Both the position numbers and the translations under genes were made by a program. Of a DNA stretch of 51,206 bases, positions 25,530-34,506 are shown piece after piece. Each line of letters begins with the position of its first letter. Within the stretch, counting starts at the first letter, position 1. The notes beneath the pieces were generated by a model. The model saw nothing but the letters and a program-made list of their open reading frames with translations, was not told the origin of the DNA and searched no databases. This stretch comes from a virus (taxonomy: Duplodnaviria > Caudoviricetes), in IMG/VR virus record IMGVR_UViG_3300008222_000010, positions 1 through 51,206 of that record; one strand, 5' to 3'.

Positions 25530-27851
25530 TTAAGTTAGCATCCAGAGGATATGCTTCTTTTTGTTTCCAACTTTAGGAACTAGCACTTTAGTTGTAGTCC
25601 CTTTATTTTCTAACCAGTCGAGAGCTTTAGAAACATCCTCAGATTTGTAGCTTCTGCATCTGTTTTTAACTTGACCGTGTGGCATTCCCACTTTTTTATC
25701 GAGCATGGATTCGATTCTTGCGATTAAAGCGCCACCTTTATCGTTGTCTTCTTCTGCCATGTTCGACTTAGCGAGCCTTATTTTGCCGTCAATATCCTTT
25801 CTAACAAGAGCGTAAGCCCACGAAACATCATCAACGTGACGCGTTTTATCGTCATGCCCGATAGCTAGGACGAAGCTTATTTTAAGGACTAGCTCGAACC
25901 CTCGGCGTACAACCGCCTCTAACCCGGTAGCTCCTTTGTGGTGCTCTGCGTAATCAAAGAAGAAGTCTTGAATGTCATCTAGTGCCTTTGCAGCTTCCGA
26001 ACTTGTCTTGACGGGCGTCCTTTCCTGCCTAAACTCGATGCGTTTATCTGCTAGTGTGTCGGCGCAGCCACCGCCAGCTAATGATGAGATGCGCATTTTC
26101 AGAATATCGCTCATTGGCTTTTTCTTAAATCCTCGCTTAGCCCTAGGGTTGGTTTCCTTCTCTTCAAATACAAGAGAGCGACCAATAAACCCGTTGGTTG
26201 AGTTCTCGTAGCTCACTACGCTGTTGAACGTTACTGGGGTTGTGTAGCCTATCAGCGATAAGAATGGGCGCACTAGGCCGCCTGTCATTATCTCATTTGA
26301 AAGCTGTGTTAACTGTTCTGCCTTCTCTTCGTTGCGCTCGGGGTTGGTGTTTTCGCTTGCAAGTTTTCTAAAGTGCGCCGCTTGCTTGTTTAGCTCACCA
26401 ACTGATGATGACATTAAATCAGAACTAAGAAGCATTCTGTCGTCAGCTTTACTATACGCAGACATTAACGTCCCGATAACGCCCTCTAGATATGAAGCGC
26501 CACCCTTGGTACGTGCGTTTTCTATCTTTTGCAGGAATATACCAAGCTCATCCATAATGTAGAAGTTAGCTTGGTGAGCCAGTAGGCCGCGTACAATTTC
26601 CTGCTCAGATTTAATACCGCCCATAGTTGCTGCGCCAAATCCTGCTGCCATGTGTATCTTGGCTTGGGACTGCTGAATGGCCTCCTTACCTGTTGAAGAA
26701 CCTGCAACACATAATATGAACTGGTTTGCAGTCACGCCGTAATCTTCATCAAAATGCGTTAAGCCGCCGATATTACCAAGCGATGACAAGGCAGACGCTA
26801 CCGCTAATTGTTCACGTGGGAAACGAGAATTGCTATTGATGTATTCCACTAAATCACCAGCCAAGCCCGTACATTTTAGTAGGTCTACTTTATCTATGTT
26901 GACCGGATGGCCACGCCTAGCGGTTGGTTCTTCCACTACTTCACTTGATGGCATGACCTCATTTCCGGTCATTACTAAGTCTGTTACGAATGTTACGGAC
27001 TCCTTGTAACCTGCCTCCTCCGCTAAATGCTTTAACGTGCCAAATGTCACTGGGCTGCTAGACTTGCCGAAGCTGTGCCACTTTTGGTTGATCGCCTCAT
27101 GCCCGCAATAGTCTGTACCTTTGGCGCTCCAATCATCCCACAGTAAATCACCCTCACCGTTAGTAGCGTCATGAATAGCCATACCTATAGATACCCACTG
27201 CTCGTAGTCGCAATCGGGCGATATAAACTCAAGCATGGAGTTAATATCTTCGTTACTAACCTCTTGTGAGCAAGCAAAGTTATCACTACTCGGTGTACGC
27301 ACAGCTCTTGTTAAAAGCTCGATAAGTTCACTTGGCATATCGCCAATATCACTTGGGTGACCCTTTTCGGTCGAGTAAGTGCTTCCGCTCTTATGCATTG
27401 AGCCAGAGCCGACCACGAACCCGTTGTATTTAAAATCGATGCCCGGGTAGCTCTCAAGCTTACCAAGTAGGCGAACATCATCTGGCGCGTTGAAGTATAT
27501 GTGATGACCACCGCCACCAGTGGCAACAACGAACTCCGATGCGTCCTTGTAATCTATGCCTGTGTCCTTACACATTTTAACGTAGCTTGCATCACCACCG
27601 TTTCTAGGGTCGATATCTATAATAAGTAGGCCATCGACAATTACGCCGAAGCCAGTCTTGAATTGACCTGTCATTTCCATGACATCAAGCTGATCATCTG
27701 TCCATGCTGGTGTGTGCTGCCAGCTACTAACGCGGGGGTGCTTATATAGCGCTTCACATTCCACGTTGCCACACTCACAATTGCCGTTGGCATCAACACC
27801 ATTTAAACCAAATACCTTTACATCTGCCTCTACATAATTCCATACCGACAT
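25530..27851 (-). CDS. bifunctional primase-polymerase (Prim-Pol + PriCT-2 + helicase-like domain)
   Basis: CECG..C...KHP, IIDIDPRNGG, TGGGGHHIYF, YEQWVSIGMAIH..WDDWS, AGSSTGKE, MDELG. Confidence 0.9.
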   Translation of the reverse strand: MSVWNYVEADVKVFGLNGVDANGNCECGNVECEALYKHPRVSSWQHTPAWTDDQLDVMEMTGQFKTGFGVIVDGLLIIDIDPRNGGDASYVKMCKDTGIDYKDASEFVVATGGGGHHIYFNAPDDVRLLGKLESYPGIDFKYNGFVVGSGSMHKSGSTYSTEKGHPSDIGDMPSELIELLTRAVRTPSSDNFACSQEVSNEDINSMLEFISPDCDYEQWVSIGMAIHDATNGEGDLLWDDWSAKGTDYCGHEAINQKWHSFGKSSSPVTFGTLKHLAEEAGYKESVTFVTDLVMTGNEVMPSSEVVEEPTARRGHPVNIDKVDLLKCTGLAGDLVEYINSNSRFPREQLAVASALSSLGNIGGLTHFDEDYGVTANQFILCVAGSSTGKEAIQQSQAKIHMAAGFGAATMGGIKSEQEIVRGLLAHQANFYIMDELGIFLQKIENARTKGGASYLEGVIGTLMSAYSKADDRMLLSSDLMSSSVGELNKQAAHFRKLASENTNPERNEEKAEQLTQLSNEIMTGGLVRPFLSLIGYTTPVTFNSVVSYENSTNGFIGRSLVFEEKETNPRAKRGFKKKPMSDILKMRISSLAGGGCADTLADKRIEFRQERTPVKTSSEAAKALDDIQDFFFDYAEHHKGATGLEAVVRRGFELVLKISFVLAIGHDDKTRHVDDVSWAYALVRKDIDGKIRLAKSNMAEEDNDKGGALIARIESMLDKKVGMPHGQVKNRCRSYKSEDVSKALDWLENKGTTTKVLVPKVGNKKKHILWMLT

Positions 27852-28153
27852 TATACTAACTCCTTATAGTTGTTGTTATGGTCACACGGCACCCATTCGA
27901 CGCCTGTGTTATCAAGAGCCTTCTCCCAACTATATCCTTTAAAGTTGTTGCTGCCTGTCGTGCGCCAAAAACCCTCCATGCCTTCGTCGCTTTCCTTTAT
28001 ATAGATAACGTAAAACGTTAGCGTGAGCTTGTTACCGCTATCGTCGAACATTTTTGGCGCTCCTGCATCACTGTATTGCCCCATAAACACTAGATTTGGA
28101 TTGAGCGAACTAAGGTCGACTATCGCCGCTGTACCGTCTTTGTTTTCTTTCAT
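27851..28153 (-). CDS. hypothetical protein
   Basis: 100 aa; coupled to the primase gene. Confidence 0.55.
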   Translation of the reverse strand: MKENKDGTAAIVDLSSLNPNLVFMGQYSDAGAPKMFDDSGNKLTLTFYVIYIKESDEGMEGFWRTTGSNNFKGYSWEKALDNTGVEWVPCDHNNNYKELV

Positions 28154-28183
28154 TGCTTTTTACCTTCTGTTTGTTGAACCGCT

Positions 28184-28287
28184 ATAATGCACAAATACGT
28201 GCTAACTGTCAACTGTAACTACTAATATAGATATTAATATATTTATTTAAAATAAGTGTTGACTAACAAAAACCGTCATGGCAAGAT
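28184..28287. promoter_or_regulatory. divergent sigma70 promoters of the replication module
   Basis: minus TTGACA-17-CATTAT (28212-28184); plus TTGACT-17-CAAGAT (28259-28287); AT-rich spacer between them. Confidence 0.65.
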
Positions 28288-28321
28288 AGCTCCACTAACA
28301 CGAACTAAGGAGAAGTAAAAC

Positions 28322-29167
28322 ATGGCACTATCAACAGTAGAAGTTAAAAAGACAGCACCAATGATAACGGTGGTGGGAACGCCCGGCACTGGCAAGACAA
28401 CGTTAGCCGCAACATTCCCTAACGCTATATTCATTCAAGCGGAAAGAGCAACAACAATCTTCGAATCTTTCGATGATGATGTTATGCCGCAGGTGTATCC
28501 AGTATTACCGCGCAGTAATTACAAGCGCACAAACAAGTTAAGCACTAAAGATACATTACTTGCGCAACTGCGCGAACTTGCAACAGAAGAGCATGACCGC
28601 AAGACGGTAATCATCGATAGTATCACCTCGTTACACGCAAAATTCGAGCATGAGCTATGTGAGATGTATAACGTAGACAACGTGGCAGATTCCGCGGGCG
28701 GCTATCAGAAAGGTTATTTGGTTGTTGCTGAAATGCACAATGAGATTATGAACGCTTGTAACGTACTGCGTAAAAAAGGTATGGCTATTGTTTTCTTGGC
28801 TCACACTGGTGTGCAGCGCATTAAAGATAGCCCGGAACTTGACGAGCATTGTGTTTATACGCTTGACATGCACAAACAAAGTGTGCCAACATACGTAAAC
28901 CAAGTGGACGCGGTTGTTTACATCACCAAGGATTCATTTGTTAGCGGTAAAGAAACAAACAAAAAAGGTCAAGTCACAAAATACGGCAAACTGATTCAGA
29001 CTGGCGACCGTAAATTGATCACGGCTTCTGACGGGAAGATCGGATACGTAGCAGCAAAAACAAGATACCCAATGGACGTTGAAATCCCATTAGGTTTAGG
29101 TGAAAACCCTTTATTAGAATTAATTCCATTTTTTAACGAAACACAACTAAACAAAGAGAGTAAATAA
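28322..29167 (+). CDS. AAA_24 / Sak4-like ATPase (ssDNA-annealing recombinase)
   Basis: GTPGTGKTT, TVIIDSIT, GGYQKGY, FLAH, AKTRY motifs; adjacent SSB. Confidence 0.85.
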   Translation: MALSTVEVKKTAPMITVVGTPGTGKTTLAATFPNAIFIQAERATTIFESFDDDVMPQVYPVLPRSNYKRTNKLSTKDTLLAQLRELATEEHDRKTVIIDSITSLHAKFEHELCEMYNVDNVADSAGGYQKGYLVVAEMHNEIMNACNVLRKKGMAIVFLAHTGVQRIKDSPELDEHCVYTLDMHKQSVPTYVNQVDAVVYITKDSFVSGKETNKKGQVTKYGKLIQTGDRKLITASDGKIGYVAAKTRYPMDVEIPLGLGENPLLELIPFFNETQLNKESK

Positions 29168-29168
29168 T

Positions 29169-29711
29169 ATGTCATTTTTTCAACTAAGCGATAATTCAGC
29201 ATTCGATACATCCGGTTCATTTGAAATGGGCGGCGGCAAGATTGAGCCAATCCCAAACAACACGCAAGTTAAAGCTATCATTGACGAAGCAAAATGGGAC
29301 GACTACAACAACGAGCGTTACATTAGTCTCCGTTGGTCTATCATCGATGGCGAATTTGTTAACCGTAAAATCTTCCAAAAGGTAAAGGTTTGCGAATCAG
29401 ACAGCGCCAAACGCGATAAAGCATTACGCATGTTAGCAGCCATCGACACAAACTCAGGCGGCGGCTTAATGAAGTTAGGCTATGAGCCTACGGAAATGGA
29501 TTTAGCGGCAAACCTAACCAATAAACCGCAAGCCATCCTGCTACAGACTTGGGAAATGACCAAGGATAACGGCGAAGAGATTAGCGGCAACTGGGTTTCA
29601 CAGGTAGCGCCAGTGGGTAACAACTTTGCATCAGCGCAAAAATCAGCGCCACAACAAGCAGCCCAACAAGCCGCGCAAGATGTAAACTTCGATGAAGATA
29701 TCGACTTCTAG
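29169..29711 (+). CDS. single-stranded DNA-binding protein (DUF669-like)
   Basis: 180 aa with acidic aromatic tail VNFDEDIDF. Confidence 0.8.
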   Translation: MSFFQLSDNSAFDTSGSFEMGGGKIEPIPNNTQVKAIIDEAKWDDYNNERYISLRWSIIDGEFVNRKIFQKVKVCESDSAKRDKALRMLAAIDTNSGGGLMKLGYEPTEMDLAANLTNKPQAILLQTWEMTKDNGEEISGNWVSQVAPVGNNFASAQKSAPQQAAQQAAQDVNFDEDIDF

Positions 29712-29726
29712 GGGTTAATCAGGTAA

Positions 29727-29757
29727 TAAAAAAGGCGCTTTGTTAGCGCCTTTTTTA
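29727..29757 (+). terminator. intrinsic terminator, probably bidirectional
   Basis: A run-GGCGCT-ttgtt-AGCGCC-T run. Confidence 0.8.
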
Positions 29758-29781
29758 TGTCAAAATAAGGAGTGAGAAACC

Positions 29782-31644
29782 ATGTCATATACATTAAGAA
29801 AATACCAGGACGAGGCTGTGGAGTCAGCTAAGTCACACCTAAAGAAATCAACAACATCTTGCGTTTTGGAGTTAGCCACAGGCGCAGGTAAGAGCATGAT
29901 ATGCGCTGAATTGGCGTACTGGCTTAAAGGTATAAGCGGTAAGAAAGTATTGTGTTTACAGCCATCTAAAGAGCTTGTGGAACAAAACCTTGAAAAGTAT
30001 TTAGCTACAGGTGCGGAGGCATCAATATATTGTGCATCGGTAAGCAGCAATAAAGATATGTCAAAGCCCGTGGTCTATGGCTCGCCGCAAACGGTTTCTA
30101 GGTCACTAGATAAGTTCGGCGCTCAGTTCGGTGGTGTAATAGTCGATGAGGCGCACAGAACCGACGATACGGTAAAGCGTATTATCGACCATATGCGCTC
30201 AAAGAATCCAGCACTTAGAGTCATCGGCATGACGGCAACACCGTACAGAATGGGTTCAGGATACATATACGGCGTTGGCATCGATAACAAGACATTAGGC
30301 GAAGACCAGACGCTAAACCCATACTACGGAAAGTTAGTGCATCAGGTTCTTGCGCCGTACCTTATAGGCGAGGGGTATCTAACCAAGCCGACAACCGAAG
30401 TAACCACGGGCGCATACGACACAAGCAACCTAAAAACAAAGTCTAACGGCGAATTTACGCAAGGGAGTGTCGAGGCTGCATTTGTTGGTCAAGGACGAAA
30501 GACCGCATCAATAGTTGAGCAGGTTGTGAGGGCGTCAGTCAGCCGAAAAGGTGTAATGATATTCGCATCGACAATACAACATGCTAATGAAGTTATGGAG
30601 TCCCTACCAGAAAGCAAGGCGGTAATAACAGGGCAACTAAATAAAGGTGAGCGTGAGTTAATAATCAAACAGTTCAAGGCAAAGAAAATAAAATACCTAG
30701 TAAGTGTTGCTACGTTAACTACCGGATTTGATGCGCCACACGTAGACCTAGTTGCCGTAATGAGAGCTACCGAATCCGCATCGTTATTCCAACAGATAGT
30801 TGGTCGAGGACTAAGGCTTGATGATGGCAAGGATGATTGTGCAATCATGGACTTCGCCGGAAACATAGAGCGTCACGACCTAGAAGACGATCTATTCTCG
30901 CCAAAAATAACCACAGGAATGCGCAGCGGAGAATCATTTAACCTAGATGCGACCTGCCCCACATGCAACACAGTTAATGAATTTACCGGGCGAAGCGACC
31001 CTGATTTTAACGACTTCGAGGTTAACGATAACGGGTACTATATAGACCTGTCAGGGCATATAGTCGAAAACGATGAAGGCCAGCAAGTGCCAGCCCACTA
31101 TGGGCGAAGGTGTTTAGGGAATGCAATAATCAAAGGAGAGTACCAGCGGTGTGATTATAGGTGGTCTTCTAAAGTTTGCTCTGAGTGCGAACAGGACAAT
31201 GATATAGCCGCTAGGTATTGCAGCAACAAGAAATGCAAAGCGGAGTTAATTGACCCTAACGAAAAGCTGGATATAGACTTCAAAAAGTTTAAGTCAGACC
31301 CGTACTCACAGACCAGTGATAAGGTGCTAGGTTGGATGTGTAAACCGTGGCATAGCCAGAAGGGCAATTACACGCTAAAGGTGGACTTTACCACAGAGTA
31401 CAGAACGTTCAGCATATGGCTGACACCAGAAGGTAAGACAGTATCGCAAATTCGCCAGTGGAACGCATTTAGTGAGGCTGTCTTTGGTGAGGGTCATGCT
31501 GCGCCAGACGTCGACACACTGGTTAGGGGGCTAAAAACAAAACATGCAACAATGCCGAAAACGGTAACAGTTAAGCGCATTAACGGTAGTTCGTTTTACA
31601 ACGTGTACTCATACAATGACAAAGAAACTGTCATTAATGGTTGA
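29782..31644 (+). CDS. superfamily 2 DEAH helicase (RadD/YejH-like) with Zn fingers
   Basis: LATGAGKS, DEAH, TATP, TTGFDAP, QIVGRGLR, CxxC pairs. Confidence 0.92.
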   Translation: MSYTLRKYQDEAVESAKSHLKKSTTSCVLELATGAGKSMICAELAYWLKGISGKKVLCLQPSKELVEQNLEKYLATGAEASIYCASVSSNKDMSKPVVYGSPQTVSRSLDKFGAQFGGVIVDEAHRTDDTVKRIIDHMRSKNPALRVIGMTATPYRMGSGYIYGVGIDNKTLGEDQTLNPYYGKLVHQVLAPYLIGEGYLTKPTTEVTTGAYDTSNLKTKSNGEFTQGSVEAAFVGQGRKTASIVEQVVRASVSRKGVMIFASTIQHANEVMESLPESKAVITGQLNKGERELIIKQFKAKKIKYLVSVATLTTGFDAPHVDLVAVMRATESASLFQQIVGRGLRLDDGKDDCAIMDFAGNIERHDLEDDLFSPKITTGMRSGESFNLDATCPTCNTVNEFTGRSDPDFNDFEVNDNGYYIDLSGHIVENDEGQQVPAHYGRRCLGNAIIKGEYQRCDYRWSSKVCSECEQDNDIAARYCSNKKCKAELIDPNEKLDIDFKKFKSDPYSQTSDKVLGWMCKPWHSQKGNYTLKVDFTTEYRTFSIWLTPEGKTVSQIRQWNAFSEAVFGEGHAAPDVDTLVRGLKTKHATMPKTVTVKRINGSSFYNVYSYNDKETVING

Positions 31645-31669
31645 CACAATCAAAACAACAGCGTATTGT
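31641..31669 (+). promoter_or_regulatory. sigma70-type promoter
   Basis: TTGACA-17-TATTGT. Confidence 0.75.
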
Positions 31670-31693
31670 TGAATAACTTAATAGGGGAATGAT

Positions 31694-31873
31694 ATGAAGC
31701 TAACAATAGAATCGGTAGGCAACATACTTTGCACGTACTGCAAGCCGGACAGTGCAAATTTGTTTGAGCGCGTTGGTAATGTAGACAGTGGCGGCATTGA
31801 CCCGCTATATGGAAATACCGCATCAAACATGGATTTTAAAACATTTACAATGACGGTGACTTACCATGTCTAA
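31694..31873 (+). CDS. hypothetical protein (59 aa, not in the ORF track)
   Basis: AGGGG RBS; MKLTIESVGNILCTYCKPD... Confidence 0.5.
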   Translation: MKLTIESVGNILCTYCKPDSANLFERVGNVDSGGIDPLYGNTASNMDFKTFTMTVTYHV

Positions 31874-31954
31874 ACAATACAGAGACAATAGCGGCGGCTA
31901 CATAGCAATAATTATAGTCGTAGTGTTACTGGTTTTATTTATAGAGGGTGTACC

Positions 31955-32374
31955 ATGAGAAAAAAAGACATACAACAACTAATCGATAATGACATACCTA
32001 TTTATGGTGATATCGACTATCGCGGAAAATGCCCTCAAGAGACACCGGAGCAAATAACCGCCGTAGGAATCGTTAGACGCACAATGCCAAAACTTGGCGC
32101 TGTCATGTTTCATGTAAAGAACGAAGGTAAGCGAATCAGAGGCGCGGCCAAAGAGAAGGTTTCAGGAATGGTTACAGGAACTAGCGACCTAGTTGCGCCC
32201 GGCAACCCTTCGTTTGTGTGTGAAATAAAGCGCAAAGACCACACGGAAAGCAAGATAAGTGACGAGCAGATAAAGTACCTAATCAACGCAAAGGCTTTGG
32301 GTTCGTTCGTGTGTGTAGCTCTAGGGCATCAGGCCGTAATCGACGCAGCAAAAGATTGGGAGTTATTACAGTAA
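31955..32374 (+). CDS. VRR-NUC domain endonuclease
   Basis: FHVKNEG...GM..G.SDL.....CEIKR.....S.EQ..Y. Confidence 0.85.
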   Translation: MRKKDIQQLIDNDIPIYGDIDYRGKCPQETPEQITAVGIVRRTMPKLGAVMFHVKNEGKRIRGAAKEKVSGMVTGTSDLVAPGNPSFVCEIKRKDHTESKISDEQIKYLINAKALGSFVCVALGHQAVIDAAKDWELLQ

Positions 32375-32583
32375 TGAGTATATTTCAAAAGATAAAGATT
32401 AAGTTGTTCGGCAAGCAAAGATGGCGTGTGGTGGTCACTGGTGACGCCAAGGCGTTCGACGTTATATGTTATTACAGTCATTCAAAACCTAGGGAGATTG
32501 ATGGTTGGGCTATGCTAGATAGAGTAAATTACAGAAGAATGTATTTAAACGAACGAATAACAATATACAGGCGCGTAAAATGA
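32374..32583 (+). CDS. hypothetical protein
   Basis: MSIFQKIK..., TAATG coupling. Confidence 0.55.
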   Translation: MSIFQKIKIKLFGKQRWRVVVTGDAKAFDVICYYSHSKPREIDGWAMLDRVNYRRMYLNERITIYRRVK

Positions 32584-32825
32584 AACCAGACCACTGCCAT
32601 GAGCATGACCTAAAGTGGGCTGACGAACTAATAAACAGCCTACCTAGGGAGTTACACTTAAGGGTTTGCTTGGCTTACTGCAATGCGTATAAAGATGCGT
32701 ACAGCAACGAGCCAATAGAGCACAAAAAAGAGGGCGCTGCTAGAATTGAGGCAAATACTAGACTCAGGAAGTTTGTAGCTAAATACAACGAAAAAAACAA
32801 AGACAATTGGAGCTTTAACAAATGA
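32580..32825 (+). CDS. conserved hypothetical phage protein
   Basis: W....I..LP......Y...Y......EP..HKK...AR..AN.RLR.FV pattern. Confidence 0.65.
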   Translation: MKPDHCHEHDLKWADELINSLPRELHLRVCLAYCNAYKDAYSNEPIEHKKEGAARIEANTRLRKFVAKYNEKNKDNWSFNK

Positions 32826-33316
32826 ATTTATTTCAAATGAACCACCAGCAGCGAGAATTACTATCAGTTATCGAAAACGGTGAATTATCACCAGAGGACG
32901 CGGCTGACACATTGGACGCAATGGACTATGATTTTGACAAAAAGGTCGAAGACATATGCCACGTGCTACGTGACTTAACATCGAGAGAGCAGTCGATAAA
33001 GAATGAAATGGAAAGACTGACCAGTCTCAAGTCGTCAGTGTCTAATAATATTATTCGACTTAAAGAGTACGCGCTACAAGGTATGATATCCAGTGGGAAG
33101 ACGTCTATAAAGTCAGACCTGTTTAACGTGTCATTAAGAAAAGGTCGTCAAGTTGTTGATGTTAAATGCCATGAAAGCATACCTGACGAGTACGTTAGAA
33201 TTACGCCAGCAACAGAATCACCGGACAAGGCAAAGATACTAAAAGCCCTGAAAAGCGGTGAAAAAGTAGACGGGTGCGCAATCACTACAGGTAAGCAATC
33301 ACTAAACATAAAATAA
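32822..33316 (+). CDS. siphovirus Gp157-family protein
   Basis: ADTLDAM...K......EMERL...IPDEY.....PDKAKI.KALKSGE.V.G...SL.IK. Confidence 0.85.
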   Translation: MNLFQMNHQQRELLSVIENGELSPEDAADTLDAMDYDFDKKVEDICHVLRDLTSREQSIKNEMERLTSLKSSVSNNIIRLKEYALQGMISSGKTSIKSDLFNVSLRKGRQVVDVKCHESIPDEYVRITPATESPDKAKILKALKSGEKVDGCAITTGKQSLNIK

Positions 33317-33319
33317 AGC

Positions 33320-33351
33320 TTGCAATTAAAATCTAGATGCTTTATTATAAT
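33320..33351 (+). promoter_or_regulatory. sigma70-type promoter of the non-coding locus
   Basis: TTGCAA-17-TATTAT with overlapping TATAAT. Confidence 0.7.
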
Positions 33352-33356
33352 AAACA

Positions 33357-33975
33357 TTGAAGTACGGGGATGAAGTTTATCCCTAAGCGGTTTTAGTAGA
33401 TGCCGATTGCCTGTTGTGATGATTCCCTTCCTTAATCATTATAACGCTCTCAAGGTGATAATCTGTAGGCGGGTTTAGATTCCCTCTCCGCGCTGGTCAC
33501 GTTGCCGATTCGACCGTTTATTTTGTGTAGCGCCTTAGATGTTTAGGGTGTTATTCAAAGTACTTGTACTTAGGCAAAGTTATTACTATTCAGCGCTTGG
33601 TCAGCGTGCCGATCCGACCATGAGACAACATTAAATCTGTCAAGGCAAAGACATAAAAATACACTTTATTAGCCTTATTGCGGAGTTAGCGGCAAATAGG
33701 TAGCGTAACTGTGAGTTGGCCGCTTTAAAAGCCTACAAGAGCCTAGAGATGGCCTAAAACATCCGACTGATAGCCGTAAGTTATCAACTATATTTGTATG
33801 CGCTCTATGTAATTGTCGAATTCGGCTTGCCAGTCGTCAGGGTCTTTTAGAGCGCATAACAAATATAAACAATGCACCTCCCGCTTGAAACGGCTGGATA
33901 TAACAACTGTCAGCGAAAACGCGTAAGTAGCTGACGGCGAAATAGTTGAGATATTACTCGGCAGGTGCGCCATAT
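33357..33975 (+). ncRNA. cluster of putative structured non-coding RNAs
   Basis: no credible + strand ORF; consecutive stems whose G-U pairs work only on the + strand; repeated ~27-nt motif. Confidence 0.65.
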
Positions 33976-33988
33976 TAAAGGTGTAAAA

Positions 33989-34270
33989 ATGATATACGAA
34001 GCTAGCGATATAAATTCAATGCTAGATGTTATTGATAAAGAGTTAGGCCAAGATATGTGGTCTGGTGATCTTGAATTCATAGCTGACAGCATAAAAATCA
34101 AGCATGTATCTAGAGTCGACACAGCAAGACGAGAGGTTGTGGTGCTCATTGATAGTGCGGAAGGTCGAATATATAAAGGGCTAATTAACGAAAGGTCGCT
34201 ACTAAAGATTAGGTCTTTTAAAGCTACGTACTCGGGGAAAGTTATCTTCGAATGGAGCGCTAAGGATTAA
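33989..34270 (+). CDS. hypothetical protein embedded in the ncRNA locus
   Basis: MIYEASD... after AAGGTG RBS. Confidence 0.55.
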   Translation: MIYEASDINSMLDVIDKELGQDMWSGDLEFIADSIKIKHVSRVDTARREVVVLIDSAEGRIYKGLINERSLLKIRSFKATYSGKVIFEWSAKD

Positions 34271-34410
34271 CGAATTAACAACACCTTCCACGCCTAACTT
34301 AACAATGCGCTAATCGGAGTGTTACTATTATAACTATATCGCATTGCCGCACACGCGGTTACCCCTATGCTGAGTAAGTACGTATAATAACTATATCCAT
34401 CTGCATTTTC

Positions 34411-34436
34411 GGCCTCTTAATTGAGGTCTTTTTTTT
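34411..34436 (+). terminator. intrinsic terminator
   Basis: GGCCTC-ttaatt-GAGGTC-T8. Confidence 0.85.
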
Positions 34437-34451
34437 GCCTAAAATAAAGTG

Positions 34452-34479
34452 TTGACTTTAATTGTCATTGTGTTAATTT
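34452..34479 (+). promoter_or_regulatory. sigma70-type promoter
   Basis: AAATAAAGTG-TTGACT-16-TAATTT with TG extension. Confidence 0.65.
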
Positions 34480-34506
34480 GTATGCTCTTAATAAAAGGAG
34501 ACTAAT

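Noticed and set aside
33490-33619. Repeated motif as a mini-CRISPR array or type I-F repeat mimic (Racr)
   Set aside because: Only two imperfect copies with a ~77-nt gap, and the CTGCC/GGCAG hairpin of I-F repeats is missing.
33366-33740. tmRNA/tRNA-like fragments (5' GGGGATGA, GGGTTTAGATTCCC T-loop-like, GATTCGAC, pk1-like GTTGGCC..TAAAAGCC)
   Set aside because: The fragments are out of order, with no acceptor stem, CCA end, tag reading frame or cloverleaf; kept only as unclassified ncRNA.
33537-33765. Single Met-box-like octamers (AGATGTTT, AGATGGCC, AAACATCC)
   Set aside because: Not in tandem 8-bp register, which MetJ requires; they sit within predicted RNA structures.
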